Below, in pieces: positions 1 to 9,126 of a stretch of DNA of 64,000 bases (position 1 is the stretch's first letter; each line of letters opens with the position of its first letter). A program made the position numbers and the translations under genes. Source of the stretch: a virus (Duplodnaviria > Caudoviricetes); IMG/VR virus record IMGVR_UViG_3300043666_000001, positions 9,483 through 73,482 of that record. One strand, given 5' to 3'. Under the pieces are notes generated by a model, which had not been told where the DNA came from, did no database searches, and saw nothing but the letters and a program-made list of their open reading frames with translations.

Positions 1-13
1 CCTGAAAACCAGG

Positions 14-397
14 ATGAAACTTGGCTGGAGTCCTGAGGAGGTTGTAAACCTCAGGCCCAATACTCGCCCGAGACAGGGTAGGAAATGTAAGCATTCTCTC
101 ACTGTTGATGGGGTGACACTCACCATTCCAGAGTGGAGTTTTGCAACAGGCATACATCAAAAGGCACTCTATCAACGTCTTGCGAAGGGGTTGACTGGGA
201 AGGATGTTATAACTCCCAAGCCAAAGGTTATGATTGAGGTGGACGGCTCCATGTACACCATAAAAGAGATGATGGCAAAAACAGGCTTGAAGTATGGGAC
301 CATCTATAATAGAATCAAGCGAGGCTGGCCTGTAAAGGCAGCTATCAATCCAGAGTTAGTTCCTCAACTAGAGACAAGTAAAGGTAGGTGGTGGTGA
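14..397 (+). CDS. HTH-repeat DNA-binding protein of the type found C-terminal to phage HNH endonucleases; probably 5'-truncated by the window edge
   Basis: Two repeats (TIPEWSFATGIHQKALYQRLAKG / TIKEMMAKTGLKYGTIYNRIKRGW); frame is open upstream to the window start. Confidence 0.55.
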   Translation: MKLGWSPEEVVNLRPNTRPRQGRKCKHSLTVDGVTLTIPEWSFATGIHQKALYQRLAKGLTGKDVITPKPKVMIEVDGSMYTIKEMMAKTGLKYGTIYNRIKRGWPVKAAINPELVPQLETSKGRWW

Positions 398-756
398 GTC
401 TAAATAATCTACGTGATACTGCGTTGGAGATTGCGACCAGCAAGGGGTTCAAGGATGCCAGCTTTTTGGAGTGCATTGCACTCATCCATAGTGAGCTTAG
501 TGAGGCGGTGGAGGATTACCGCAATGGCCTCCTCCCTAAGGAATATGAGTATCAACCCCCGAATGGGACTCGGGGCGCGGTAAGTATTAGCTTTGTGCCA
601 GGCTGGAAGCCATGTGGTATCCCCAGTGAGCTTGCGGATGTCATCATTCGAGTGTTGCACCTCTGTGGCCAGGAGGGGATTGATATTGAGCGTGCAGTGA
701 CAGAGAAAATGGCCTACAATCGCACACGCCCCTTCAAACATGGGAAAAAAATCTAA
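388..756 (+). CDS. MazG-like nucleotide pyrophosphohydrolase
   Basis: ALIHSELSEAVE and ELADVIIRVLHLC motifs, ending EKMAYNRTRP. Confidence 0.8.
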   Translation: MVVSLNNLRDTALEIATSKGFKDASFLECIALIHSELSEAVEDYRNGLLPKEYEYQPPNGTRGAVSISFVPGWKPCGIPSELADVIIRVLHLCGQEGIDIERAVTEKMAYNRTRPFKHGKKI

Positions 757-938
757 TGTCCAGGAAATATACAGAGGATGACCTTGCTATTAGAATCGGT
801 GAGTTCAAGGTCAATTCCGTCCTGCGCCGGGAGCTTGCAAAGGGAACCATCGTATGTATAGATGGTGTTTATTACACCCCTGAGAACGCTCCATACCCTC
901 AGGATGATATCGAGGGAAACACTGGGATGTGGGATTGA
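756..938 (+). CDS. hypothetical protein
   Basis: Start overlaps the upstream stop (TAATG). Confidence 0.5.
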   Translation: MSRKYTEDDLAIRIGEFKVNSVLRRELAKGTIVCIDGVYYTPENAPYPQDDIEGNTGMWD

Positions 939-964
939 TATCCGGAAATTATAAAGGAAAACAA

Positions 965-1315
965 ATGTCTATTTACAATAAGATTGAAAAAGAATTCACC
1001 AACGCTGTTGAAGACCTCAAACTTGTGGAACAACCACAGCCAAAAGCCAAAACCAAATCACCTCCTCAATATAAAGACGCAAGTGTTGAGGCATTGGTTG
1101 CTCGCATTGAGGAGCTGAATCGTAGTCTGCGTAAAGTACAGGACCGGTTGGGGAAAGTTCGTGTCAGTAACAAGTCCTTGAAAAAGCTCAATACTCAGCT
1201 TGAGGAAATAAATCTTGAGCTAAATGATGAGAATGTTGAGCTAACTGAGGTTCTTGATAAACACTGCGAGGAGCACTACCTCCATGTTGGGCTTGGGTTC
1301 TATCGTAAGGGGTAA
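965..1315 (+). CDS. coiled-coil hypothetical protein
   Basis: Heptad-rich sequence; start moved to ATG 965 after GGA-containing RBS (ORF track start 929). Confidence 0.55.
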   Translation: MSIYNKIEKEFTNAVEDLKLVEQPQPKAKTKSPPQYKDASVEALVARIEELNRSLRKVQDRLGKVRVSNKSLKKLNTQLEEINLELNDENVELTEVLDKHCEEHYLHVGLGFYRKG

Positions 1316-1318
1316 AAT

Positions 1319-1594
1319 ATGTTCCCCATGTATTGGACTCTACCTGTAGCTGAGACACCTAAAGTTATTGAACCAATGAATGTTACATTCTACTATAAAC
1401 TTGAAGAGCAGGGAACAAGACTGTGGCACAGTACTGAACATACAGACCAGTACTATCGAAAGTGGTTCCTGAAGCTTGCTTCACAGGCATTCCCAAATGC
1501 CCGCGCAAAAACCAAGGTAGAGGTTTATGACCATGAGGGTAAGCTCCTGGGAACCACATTTACCCCAAATAAAAACATAGATGGTCCCCCTTGA
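1319..1594 (+). CDS. hypothetical protein
   Basis: Tightly packed in the plus-strand operon. Confidence 0.55.
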   Translation: MFPMYWTLPVAETPKVIEPMNVTFYYKLEEQGTRLWHSTEHTDQYYRKWFLKLASQAFPNARAKTKVEVYDHEGKLLGTTFTPNKNIDGPP

Positions 1595-1896
1595 GCGCTC
1601 TAACCCCAGAACAGCAGGAGCATTACGATAGGGCATATAGATATATCAAGGGAAAACCCATTAAGGGTTACATGATGGAGTCCTACCTACCCAATCATCA
1701 CCCATCCATCACAACAATGAAGCTGTGTCTGGATATTTATGTGGATACAGCTCCACATATTGATTTATTTATAATGCACCCATCCTGGAAGAAGACATTC
1801 ATGCAAGTCTCAGGCACGGCTAGGATACAATTCATGGGTACACATTGGTACAAGTATCGCGATAGATATGTAGAGTTCAAGAAAAAGGTCACTTGA
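1591..1896 (+). CDS. hypothetical protein
   Basis: 4-nt overlap with upstream gene. Confidence 0.5.
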   Translation: MSALTPEQQEHYDRAYRYIKGKPIKGYMMESYLPNHHPSITTMKLCLDIYVDTAPHIDLFIMHPSWKKTFMQVSGTARIQFMGTHWYKYRDRYVEFKKKVT

Positions 1897-1920
1897 CACT
1901 GGTAGATTGATAGCTATCAT
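1893..1920 (+). promoter_or_regulatory. sigma70-type promoter, leaderless
   Basis: TTGACA-N16-TATCAT, ATG 7 nt downstream (1928); TGGTAGA in spacer. Confidence 0.7.
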
Positions 1921-1927
1921 GTTGGAT

Positions 1928-2281
1928 ATGAAGAACATGATTTTGATGGTCCTGGCGATGAGCATTACTGGTTGTTCCTTTGCTGGGGAGGTGACCAACA
2001 ACCCCAATTCCGCAAAGGTAGAGTGCAACACTGTATATTATCATGGTGGTGCACTTACCTACATTGCTGCAAAGGATTATCAGGAGGGGGTAGATTTGAG
2101 CCTCATCAGTGTTGAGGGTGAGGAGGGGAGTTACTATAATATGGGAACTCCCTCTTACCCCAACACACACACTCTATCTCCCATCATTCATGGCACTCAG
2201 GTGTATGTTGAGTGTGGAGCTGGGGGTGAGAAAGACTACACTGGTTTCAAGAGTGTTATTTTTACTGAGGTGCAAAAATGA
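1928..2281 (+). CDS. putative lipoprotein
   Basis: MKNMILMVLAMSITGC signal peptide with lipobox. Confidence 0.65.
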   Translation: MKNMILMVLAMSITGCSFAGEVTNNPNSAKVECNTVYYHGGALTYIAAKDYQEGVDLSLISVEGEEGSYYNMGTPSYPNTHTLSPIIHGTQVYVECGAGGEKDYTGFKSVIFTEVQK

Positions 2282-2586
2282 GTGATGGTATCAAACTGAC
2301 TCAACGGCAGATTTACCTTTTGAGGGCATCATTTATCAATGGAGACAGTAGTGGTTGTGGCTCAAATGGAGGCGAGGGGTTCATTAACCCTCCATGGCTA
2401 TCCAGTGACCGAGGTGACCTCAAAATCCTTGAGCGACATCTTCTAATGAAGAAAGACTCACTATATAATGGTTGGACTATTAGTGGTCTAGGGAAAGACC
2501 TACTCAGAAAGATTGTTGAGCTTGATAAGGATTGGCTAAAGGAGCTCGCTGAAGATCACATCAGTGGCCCTCTCCCCTATCGCTGA
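2278..2586 (+). CDS. hypothetical protein
   Basis: ATGA overlap with upstream gene; last gene before the convergent terminator. Confidence 0.55.
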   Translation: MSDGIKLTQRQIYLLRASFINGDSSGCGSNGGEGFINPPWLSSDRGDLKILERHLLMKKDSLYNGWTISGLGKDLLRKIVELDKDWLKELAEDHISGPLPYR

Positions 2587-2588
2587 GC

Positions 2589-2628
2589 AAAAGAAAAACC
2601 CCACTGGTGAGGGAAGACCAGTGGGGTT
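2589..2628 (-). terminator. intrinsic terminator at the convergence of late and plus-strand operons
   Basis: 12-bp stem AACCCCACTGGT/ACCAGTGGGGTT with an A-tract on the left (U-tract on minus strand). Confidence 0.8.
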
Positions 2629-2654
2629 AAGGAAGTAAGATAGAGGGGTGTGGT

Positions 2655-3485
2655 TTACTTGTAAAGGACTCCACCAACAACCACGGCGCCATTAACAATG
2701 GGACATGTGTTGAGGTGTACTACTCCATTGTTTTGCTTATAGCCAACTCCGAATCCGGAAACCCACTGCTTTGCCTTCAAAGAATGTGTGTAGTCGATGT
2801 ACTTATCATCCCCCAGCCAGCCAAATGCAGCGCCTACATGTGTCTCACCCTTGTAGTTTGACTTGAAGCTTAGGCCCATGGTGTGGATGTGATTGATAAT
2901 AGCGTTGCCACCATAATCATTCCTCGCGGCAACATACGCGGTTGGACCACTTGAACCCACATCATGTGTTACGTTTATTTTGCCAATCCTAATATCATTG
3001 CGATAGGGGACATGCTTCCATCCACGTGACTTGAGGTTTAGCAACTCTGGGATGGATAAGCCAGGGATACCAACCAACGCAGGGGCATTCTTGGTAATGT
3101 ATTTATCCAAGCGAAAACAATGATTCCCTGAGAGGAATATTTTCTTCTCAGCACCAAGGCCATCAACCAAGTCAAGCAATTGATTCCCCACCTTTATCTC
3201 ATTAAGGAGATTGCCCTGGCGCATGCGACGTGGGTCCTTATCAAACAAGGATATCTCATAGCAATCCAGAAAATCACCACCAATACAGATTCCATCTGGG
3301 CGAAAACCCTCAGCTGCACGTAGCATGAGATTGAAGTGTTTCTTACTATGAAACGGCGCGTGGGTGTCTGGGATAAACAACCACTTCTCTAAAGAGTTGC
3401 TCTTGTCAGCTTGCTCAATATCACGCCATGACTTAATCTGTTTGCTCATATTGCCCTCAATGCAAACATACACAATCTCAGGCAT
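2655..3485 (-). CDS. calcineurin-like metallophosphoesterase
   Basis: DTH, GGDFLD, GNH, HD and NHIH motifs; alternative start at 3449 has a GAGGG RBS. Confidence 0.85.
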   Translation of the reverse strand: MPEIVYVCIEGNMSKQIKSWRDIEQADKSNSLEKWLFIPDTHAPFHSKKHFNLMLRAAEGFRPDGICIGGDFLDCYEISLFDKDPRRMRQGNLLNEIKVGNQLLDLVDGLGAEKKIFLSGNHCFRLDKYITKNAPALVGIPGLSIPELLNLKSRGWKHVPYRNDIRIGKINVTHDVGSSGPTAYVAARNDYGGNAIINHIHTMGLSFKSNYKGETHVGAAFGWLGDDKYIDYTHSLKAKQWVSGFGVGYKQNNGVVHLNTCPIVNGAVVVGGVLYK

Positions 3486-3494
3486 AAACGCAAG

Positions 3495-3833
3495 TCATAA
3501 AATCCACAATTTGCGCTTGTTTGACTTAATCAATTGCACAATACGTGGGCTGATGGTAGAGATGAAACTCTCCTCCCAATCTACCTTGTTGGTTTTTGCT
3601 GGTAGTGTAAGTGCTAGAAATGGCTTGATGCCCATTTCCTCAAATAGCGCATGACCTACCTCGTGCACCAAAGTATCTTGCTGAACCTCTGGGCTATCTG
3701 TTTCACGGATATAGATGACCTTTGCATCTAGGTCTGTATATCCATATCGGTCTTTTAAATCCTCACATGCTGTTTCGTTGGTGAACACAACCCTGTATAT
3801 TGTGCCGACCACATCCAGCTTACGAGCTCTCAT
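3495..3833 (-). CDS. HExxH zinc metallopeptidase-like protein
   Basis: DTLVHEVGHALF motif. Confidence 0.7.
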   Translation of the reverse strand: MRARKLDVVGTIYRVVFTNETACEDLKDRYGYTDLDAKVIYIRETDSPEVQQDTLVHEVGHALFEEMGIKPFLALTLPAKTNKVDWEESFISTISPRIVQLIKSNKRKLWIL

Positions 3834-4465
3834 GCGCCAACCTCCAACGCAAGCATCCCCTTAGTCATTGGCCCCGCGATACCATCCACTGTAAGCCCAC
3901 GTGCTGCTTGGTAGGATTTAACATCACTGTAACCAACAGAGATAAGCGCTGCGATGAGCTCATCCTGGGTTGTGAGTTTACCCTTACCAGCAATCCCATA
4001 AAATCTAGACTCCATGGCTTTGATGTAGTCTGCGAGTGGAGCAGTGTAGTAATGGGCTTCCTTGAGTTTTATGGCAAATTCCCTTGGGTCACCAGCTAAG
4101 ACCAGTGGCCAGGCTTTGGCAAAGTTACCATTCTTCAATCCCTTGAGGTAATCCACACACCCAGCGGTGAGGTCGGGGTATGCGCGGAAGTCACCAAGTT
4201 GATTCACCCTTTGGCCATGCTCAATCTCCCAGGTCATAAAGGTGCAATAGTCCCCGGTGTACCCCTTTCCAGTGCGCTTATTACCCACATTGAAACATAC
4301 AAGACTCTGGCCATCACCTGTCTCCAACGCATAGTGTGCCTGAAGGATAAGGATGCTTTTATAGGTAGGAATATCCCCCCACAACTTGGTCCAGGCTACT
4401 GAGAGGGCAATGCCCATATCGTGAACACTAACTGGTGTTTTTATAGCAGCAACCTTGGTTCCCAT
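3830..4465 (-). CDS. endolysin: glucosaminidase/FlgJ-like catalytic domain plus C-terminal peptidoglycan-binding domain
   Basis: QAHYALETG, FNVGNK, FRAY, LKEAHYYTA; C-terminal VKSYQAARGLTVDGIAGPMT. Confidence 0.85.
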   Translation of the reverse strand: MGTKVAAIKTPVSVHDMGIALSVAWTKLWGDIPTYKSILILQAHYALETGDGQSLVCFNVGNKRTGKGYTGDYCTFMTWEIEHGQRVNQLGDFRAYPDLTAGCVDYLKGLKNGNFAKAWPLVLAGDPREFAIKLKEAHYYTAPLADYIKAMESRFYGIAGKGKLTTQDELIAALISVGYSDVKSYQAARGLTVDGIAGPMTKGMLALEVGA

Positions 4466-4468
4466 GTC

Positions 4469-4633
4469 TCATCCTACCTTTTTCTCTTCTAAAGCTTCAC
4501 TATATGCAATCCGAAACACACTAGAGACAATTCTGGCGTTCTCGCACAGCCAGCAAAAATCATCCTCATCATGAGTTGTGCACCGTGGGCACTCCTCAAT
4601 GCTAACCGGCTCAAGGGGCCTGATGCTGGACAT
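4469..4633 (-). CDS. 54-aa Cys-containing (CPRC...CWLC) protein, not in ORF track
   Basis: Hand translation MSSIRPLEPVSIEECPRCTTHDEDDFCWLCENARIVSSVFRIAYSEALEEKKVG; ends 3 nt before the lysin start. Confidence 0.6.
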   Translation of the reverse strand: MSSIRPLEPVSIEECPRCTTHDEDDFCWLCENARIVSSVFRIAYSEALEEKKVG

Positions 4634-4748
4634 CCTGGACCTCTTGTTTTTGAGGTGGTGGGCAGCTGGCGATAGACGCGGTGATTATCATGGAGATAAG
4701 GGCTCCAAGAGTAAACCACAGCGTCTTTAATTTCACCAGGTCAAGCAC
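4611..4748 (-). CDS. 45-aa membrane/lipoprotein candidate, not in ORF track
   Basis: Hand translation MLDLVKLKTLWFTLGALISMIITASIASCPPPQKQEVQDVQHQAP; GTG start overlaps upstream TAG. Confidence 0.5.
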   Translation of the reverse strand: MLDLVKLKTLWFTLGALISMIITASIASCPPPQKQEVQDVQHQAP

Positions 4749-4924
4749 TAGCCACCTAGCTGGTGCTGTGCAGCGCGTGACGCGGATTGCTCAGGGAGAA
4801 TATCCTTCACCCTTAAACTAACAGGGTCCGTTTTGCCACTGGTCAAATCGTGCAACCAGTCAACCAACTCAGGGGCAATCTCAAGCACAATCTGCAAAAG
4901 CTTCAACGCAATCTCAAGATTCAT
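4748..4924 (-). CDS. 58-aa hypothetical protein, not in ORF track
   Basis: Hand translation begins MNLEIALKLLQIVLEIAPELVDWL; ATGA overlap with upstream gene. Confidence 0.65.
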   Translation of the reverse strand: MNLEIALKLLQIVLEIAPELVDWLHDLTSGKTDPVSLRVKDILPEQSASRAAQHQLGG

Positions 4925-5397
4925 TCCACACCCCCGTCATTACTGGTATTACAGGTGAATTTCACACTGGAGGCAAGTTGCAGCGCGTCTGTTACAATGG
5001 TAGGGAGTGCAAGCTTCTCTTTAGCCAAGACAGCAGAGACTTGCACCAAAGCACTCACACCATTGTTCACAGCACAACCAAGCTTGTTTTGTGCCACATC
5101 ATCCCAGGTATCAACCCCTGTCTCTGCCGCTAGCAGAGAAGGCCGGGCAAGGTCATAGGCATCTGCACATGCTTTAGCAACTGCAACCTCTTTAGTTTGC
5201 AAAGCATAGGTGGCGCAGAGGTTATCACTCACCTGGACAGCTTTCGCCACCATAAGAACAATGCTTCTAGCTGTGGCACGTTCTGGAGACTCTGCCCCTT
5301 TCACTGGAATACACCCATTGCCCCCCATAGCAAGTGCTCCAACTATTGCACCTCCAACCACTAAGCCCCAGAAACCAGATTTGATATAATCAATCAC
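4921..5397 (-). CDS. putative lipoprotein in lysis cassette (spanin candidate)
   Basis: Hydrophobic N-terminus ending AMGGNGC; several further Cys. Confidence 0.55.
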   Translation of the reverse strand: MIDYIKSGFWGLVVGGAIVGALAMGGNGCIPVKGAESPERATARSIVLMVAKAVQVSDNLCATYALQTKEVAVAKACADAYDLARPSLLAAETGVDTWDDVAQNKLGCAVNNGVSALVQVSAVLAKEKLALPTIVTDALQLASSVKFTCNTSNDGGVE

Positions 5398-5591
5398 TCC
5401 TTGACCTCATCATCTTTCTTTGGGATAACACTGCCTGTTATGGCCTGAACACCGAAACTGCCAGCAAGTGCAGCTTGGGCCCAAGGTGGAAGACCACCCG
5501 TTTTGAGATAAATAACTCCACACACCACCACGACTACAATTACATGCAGCTGATTGGCGGTCAAGCCCAATGACTTCAATTTATCAATCAT
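5394..5591 (-). CDS. putative holin (2 TM)
   Basis: 65 aa, two hydrophobic segments, charged C-tail KKDDEVKE, upstream of the lysin. Confidence 0.6.
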   Translation of the reverse strand: MIDKLKSLGLTANQLHVIVVVVVCGVIYLKTGGLPPWAQAALAGSFGVQAITGSVIPKKDDEVKE

Positions 5592-5974
5592 AATTTAATC
5601 CTAGAGGCACAGCTAGCTCCAGCTGCACCTAGCAATGTAGTGAATATACCCACAACAATAGTAACCCAAGCAAGTCTTCGCTTGTGGGTGCCATCAATTT
5701 GAGTGCCACGTATTTCTAGCAAGCTAGTGCGCTCCCTGACACGTTCATTGATTCTCTGTTCCTCTATGGCGCGGCGAGCAACCTGCTCAGCTTCAAGCTC
5801 AATTTTAGCCTTCTCTCTTGCCTCCTGTAAATCCAGTATATATTTACATGCACGAGATGTGCTAAGCGCCTCAGTGATTTGCAACGTCAATGTAGTCAAC
5901 GTTGCCTCCACCTGCATGATTTTGCCCCTAATTGTATCCAGCTCAGCCCTAGATGCAGGCTTTGGATGTTCCAT
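5588..5974 (-). CDS. coiled-coil protein with C-terminal TM helix (holin/antiholin-like)
   Basis: Coiled coil followed by LAWVTIVVGIFTTLLGAAG; first gene after the fibres. Confidence 0.55.
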   Translation of the reverse strand: MEHPKPASRAELDTIRGKIMQVEATLTTLTLQITEALSTSRACKYILDLQEAREKAKIELEAEQVARRAIEEQRINERVRERTSLLEIRGTQIDGTHKRRLAWVTIVVGIFTTLLGAAGASCASRIKL

Positions 5975-5980
5975 TACTCA

Positions 5981-7324
5981 TTATACACCCCAGTCAAGTT
6001 TAAGTTGTGCAATAACCATGCCACGCTCAAGGGCAGTCAAAACCCTTGGCATTATCACTATCTCAGCAACATTCCCTGTATAAAATGAAGTCTGTGGAGC
6101 TCCACACCCAAGCCTGAATGTTGCAGGCCAACCAACAACATTAGTGGTTGTTGCATAGAATGGCTGGTCCCCCGCCAGAGACATCGTCCATAACCCAGCA
6201 CTGCTCCTCACATTGTAGAGATGCGCGTTGGTGAATGTTATGGCAGGTGGCACCCCACCATTCTTCGCAGTGGTGCTGCCAAAGTCATCAAACATAATCC
6301 CAGTGCCATTTTGCGGAAGGTAGATGTCACTGCCACTCCCACCCGATGTCCATAAAAACCCATCCCCAGCTCCGTTCTTTTTAACAACAAATCCCTCAGC
6401 CGCTGTCGCGGGACCAGCGAAAGAAGTCTTGAACAATTGCTGATTAGGGGCATAAAGCAAGGTCTGCTTTCCATTAATGCTTGCAGCCGCGAGTGTTGGA
6501 CCTGCGTTGGTTCCACTGGAGACAAGGTCACGACCATTTCCAGTAAGGTCAGTGAGTGTGCCGACATGTGTTCCAGCTCCAGCATTATCCAGCACATAAT
6601 CACCAACCAAACCTCTGTAGCGCATATATCCAGCAAGTGCTAGATAGCCACTAGGCAGTGTCCCACTACCAGCAGAGGGATTGGTTACCACAACGTTACA
6701 CAACCCCTCACCACCAACAGTGCCAGTTGTGCATGTTATGTTTGTACTAGAGTTTACGGTTACTCCAGTGGCGGAGACACCACCAATGGCAACAGTGGCA
6801 CCAGTGAGAAATCCAGTGCCTGTGATTGTTACCGCTTGCCCACCCAGCCTAAACCCAACATTGGGGGAGATTGCTGTTACGGTTGGAGAGGTGACAGTTG
6901 CACGTATGATTGGGTTGATGGTTGTAATCCAGCCAAATAGGCTGTTACCCTCACCCCTTTCGTTGACAGCGACAACCCTATTTCCCGCGGCCGTGAGTGT
7001 ATAAACTGCTAGGGTAGTTGTGAGGCTTGAGTCTACCTTCTGTGTAGCAGGGTCAAGACCTCCATTTACCACTGAGGTAAATATCATAGCCTTTCCATCG
7101 GCTGGGGCTGTAAGGGTCGCTACTTTGGTGGTTTGGTTGATGCTCAGGCCAGCGGTGATGGTTGCCGCTACAGTGGTCTCATCTGTTGAGGTGCAAGAGA
7201 TGCTCCACGCTGGTGAGTTTGGACCGCTTGCCAAAGCGATAGTAACCGTTGCCCCAGGGGTTACGTTCAAGCCATTTACACTTGAGCCACCATTGATAGT
7301 GCAGATGGGGGAATATGTAGACAT
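5981..7324 (-). CDS. tail fibre/receptor-binding protein: adaptor domain, IPT/TIG domain, ConA/LamG-like C-terminus
   Basis: PTVTAISPNVG...GGQAVTITGTGF...VVVTNP IPT signature; C-terminal GNVAEIVI. Confidence 0.7.
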   Translation of the reverse strand: MSTYSPICTINGGSSVNGLNVTPGATVTIALASGPNSPAWSISCTSTDETTVAATITAGLSINQTTKVATLTAPADGKAMIFTSVVNGGLDPATQKVDSSLTTTLAVYTLTAAGNRVVAVNERGEGNSLFGWITTINPIIRATVTSPTVTAISPNVGFRLGGQAVTITGTGFLTGATVAIGGVSATGVTVNSSTNITCTTGTVGGEGLCNVVVTNPSAGSGTLPSGYLALAGYMRYRGLVGDYVLDNAGAGTHVGTLTDLTGNGRDLVSSGTNAGPTLAAASINGKQTLLYAPNQQLFKTSFAGPATAAEGFVVKKNGAGDGFLWTSGGSGSDIYLPQNGTGIMFDDFGSTTAKNGGVPPAITFTNAHLYNVRSSAGLWTMSLAGDQPFYATTTNVVGWPATFRLGCGAPQTSFYTGNVAEIVIMPRVLTALERGMVIAQLKLDWGV

Positions 7325-7749
7325 CAGTGAGCCCTTATCATCGCGTTAATTGTTGTGACCCAACCAAAATTTGGGTCACTATCAAATTTCTCATTGACCG
7401 CCATCACCCTAAGTGGTCCTATTGGGACGTGTACCTCAAATGTGGTGATTAGGTTTTTATTCAAAACCCCATCTTGAATGCCACCATTCACCACACTTCG
7501 AAAGATGAGGGCTCTCCCCGCACCAGCACCTCCAAACAGTGCTGTTTTATTTACATAATCCACTGTCAAGCCAGTGGTTATCAGACTTGCGCTAAGTGTC
7601 TCATCAGTGCCAATACAGGTTATTTGCCATGCCTTAACTCCTGTACGTGATGCAAGGGAGATGGTTGCAGGAGTAAGCGCAGCTAGATTAAATCCACCCA
7701 CAGTGGATTGTGAATTAACTAGACATATAGGTGACGGTAAAGTCATCAC
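7324..7749 (-). CDS. tail accessory protein, paralog of the N-terminal domain of 5981..7324
   Basis: Shared SPIC, TDET, IFxSVVNGG, RVxAVNE and FGWxTTIN motifs. Confidence 0.7.
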   Translation of the reverse strand: MMTLPSPICLVNSQSTVGGFNLAALTPATISLASRTGVKAWQITCIGTDETLSASLITTGLTVDYVNKTALFGGAGAGRALIFRSVVNGGIQDGVLNKNLITTFEVHVPIGPLRVMAVNEKFDSDPNFGWVTTINAMIRAH

Positions 7750-9110
7750 GCCACATAGGTAATAATCATAAAACCACTACCCCCTGTACCACCATTGCCA
7801 CCAGTTCCAGTGCCAGTGCTACCAGCTCCACCAGCACCCCCGCCACCCCCTCCAGCCCCTGTATTCGCCGCAGGAGAGGATGCGCTAGAACCATTCACGC
7901 CAGTGCCAGCATTGTTTGCGTTGCCACCGCTTGCACCATTGGCTCCAACTCCAAATGCACCCCCAGCTCCACCACCCCCAGCTCCACCACCTCGATAGAT
8001 TGGTGCACTTCCAGCAGAAAGACCATTTAATGCTCCCTGGGAACCACCATCAAACCCTGTAGTGGAAACACACCCGTGGGTTGCAGCTATGATTGCATTT
8101 GGGGTATTATCATTCATTACACCGCCACCCCCCTTACCAGGGAAATTCTGAAGCTGCAAAACCTCAAATAGCGCAGTAGTGGCGAAAACAACTTCTCGTG
8201 GCACCGCAGCACCACACCTTGTAGACCCCCCTCCGGTATATCCACCGGCGTATGATGTTGAAAGATATGTACCTACACCACCTTGCCCACCTTGAGCTCC
8301 AGGAAAAGTAGCAAGTGTGGGACCACTTCCAAATGTTGTATCACCACCATTGCCACCATTACCACCAGCTGTGCTACTCGAGCCAGCGCCAGCAGCTCCC
8401 GCAGCTCCAATCACAAATGGAATGACAGCCCCAGGAGTAACAGCAACCACCTGTGTGGATATTTGTGCACCACCTCCACCTCCGCCTCCAGCAGCCCATG
8501 TACTTGGAACGGCTCCACCAGTTCCACACCCACCCCCACCTCCACCTCCACCACCACACGCTGTGATTGTGAGTATGTTTACATTTGCAGGGACAGTGAA
8601 ATTTCCGTTCGCGGTCTTGAGTGATTCAACCCATTGAATGCGATGATTGAATGTGCTTGCAATGACCCACCCTCCATTGACCCAACTAAATCTTGCAGAG
8701 ACAGGGTAAATGCCCCCCGAGTTGTTTGGGTCAAGCGTGGTTAGGGTTGTACCACCATTATCTTTTATGGTTACAGTGTAGGTGACACTAAAATTCCAGA
8801 CACTAATAACATCCCCGGCGCTGGCAGATGTATTGCTCAGTGTGTAAATTCGATTATTGGTAAGTGTCGCTGGAGCAAAGACAATGTTCTGCCCCTGAGT
8901 GATGTTGATGGTAGTATCAGCATCAACGCCAGCAAGTTGAGATGGGATGAGTCTACCAGCACCAGAGCTTGCTATCAAGCCAGTGATTGTATCCCCAGTC
9001 TTGTTCAGCGCTAGGGTGTTAATCTGGGTATCCATGGTGTTCATCTGAGCAGATGTGAGTGGGTCACCACTTCCCCACCCAGCACCATTTACACGAGGTA
9101 TTGCAGCCAT
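7746..9110 (-). CDS. glycine-rich tail fibre protein
   Basis: Long GGGGG/GGxGG tracts; follows the baseplate genes. Confidence 0.7.
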   Translation of the reverse strand: MAAIPRVNGAGWGSGDPLTSAQMNTMDTQINTLALNKTGDTITGLIASSGAGRLIPSQLAGVDADTTINITQGQNIVFAPATLTNNRIYTLSNTSASAGDVISVWNFSVTYTVTIKDNGGTTLTTLDPNNSGGIYPVSARFSWVNGGWVIASTFNHRIQWVESLKTANGNFTVPANVNILTITACGGGGGGGGGCGTGGAVPSTWAAGGGGGGGAQISTQVVAVTPGAVIPFVIGAAGAAGAGSSSTAGGNGGNGGDTTFGSGPTLATFPGAQGGQGGVGTYLSTSYAGGYTGGGSTRCGAAVPREVVFATTALFEVLQLQNFPGKGGGGVMNDNTPNAIIAATHGCVSTTGFDGGSQGALNGLSAGSAPIYRGGGAGGGGAGGAFGVGANGASGGNANNAGTGVNGSSASSPAANTGAGGGGGGAGGAGSTGTGTGGNGGTGGSGFMIITYVA

Positions 9111-9126
9111 TATATATCAATCCAGT

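Noticed and set aside
7731-8637. Pro-rich and Ser/Thr-rich plus-strand ORFs (7731..8030, 7795..7998, 8283..8624, 8317..8637)
   Set aside because: Antisense shadows of the poly-Gly codons in the tail fibre
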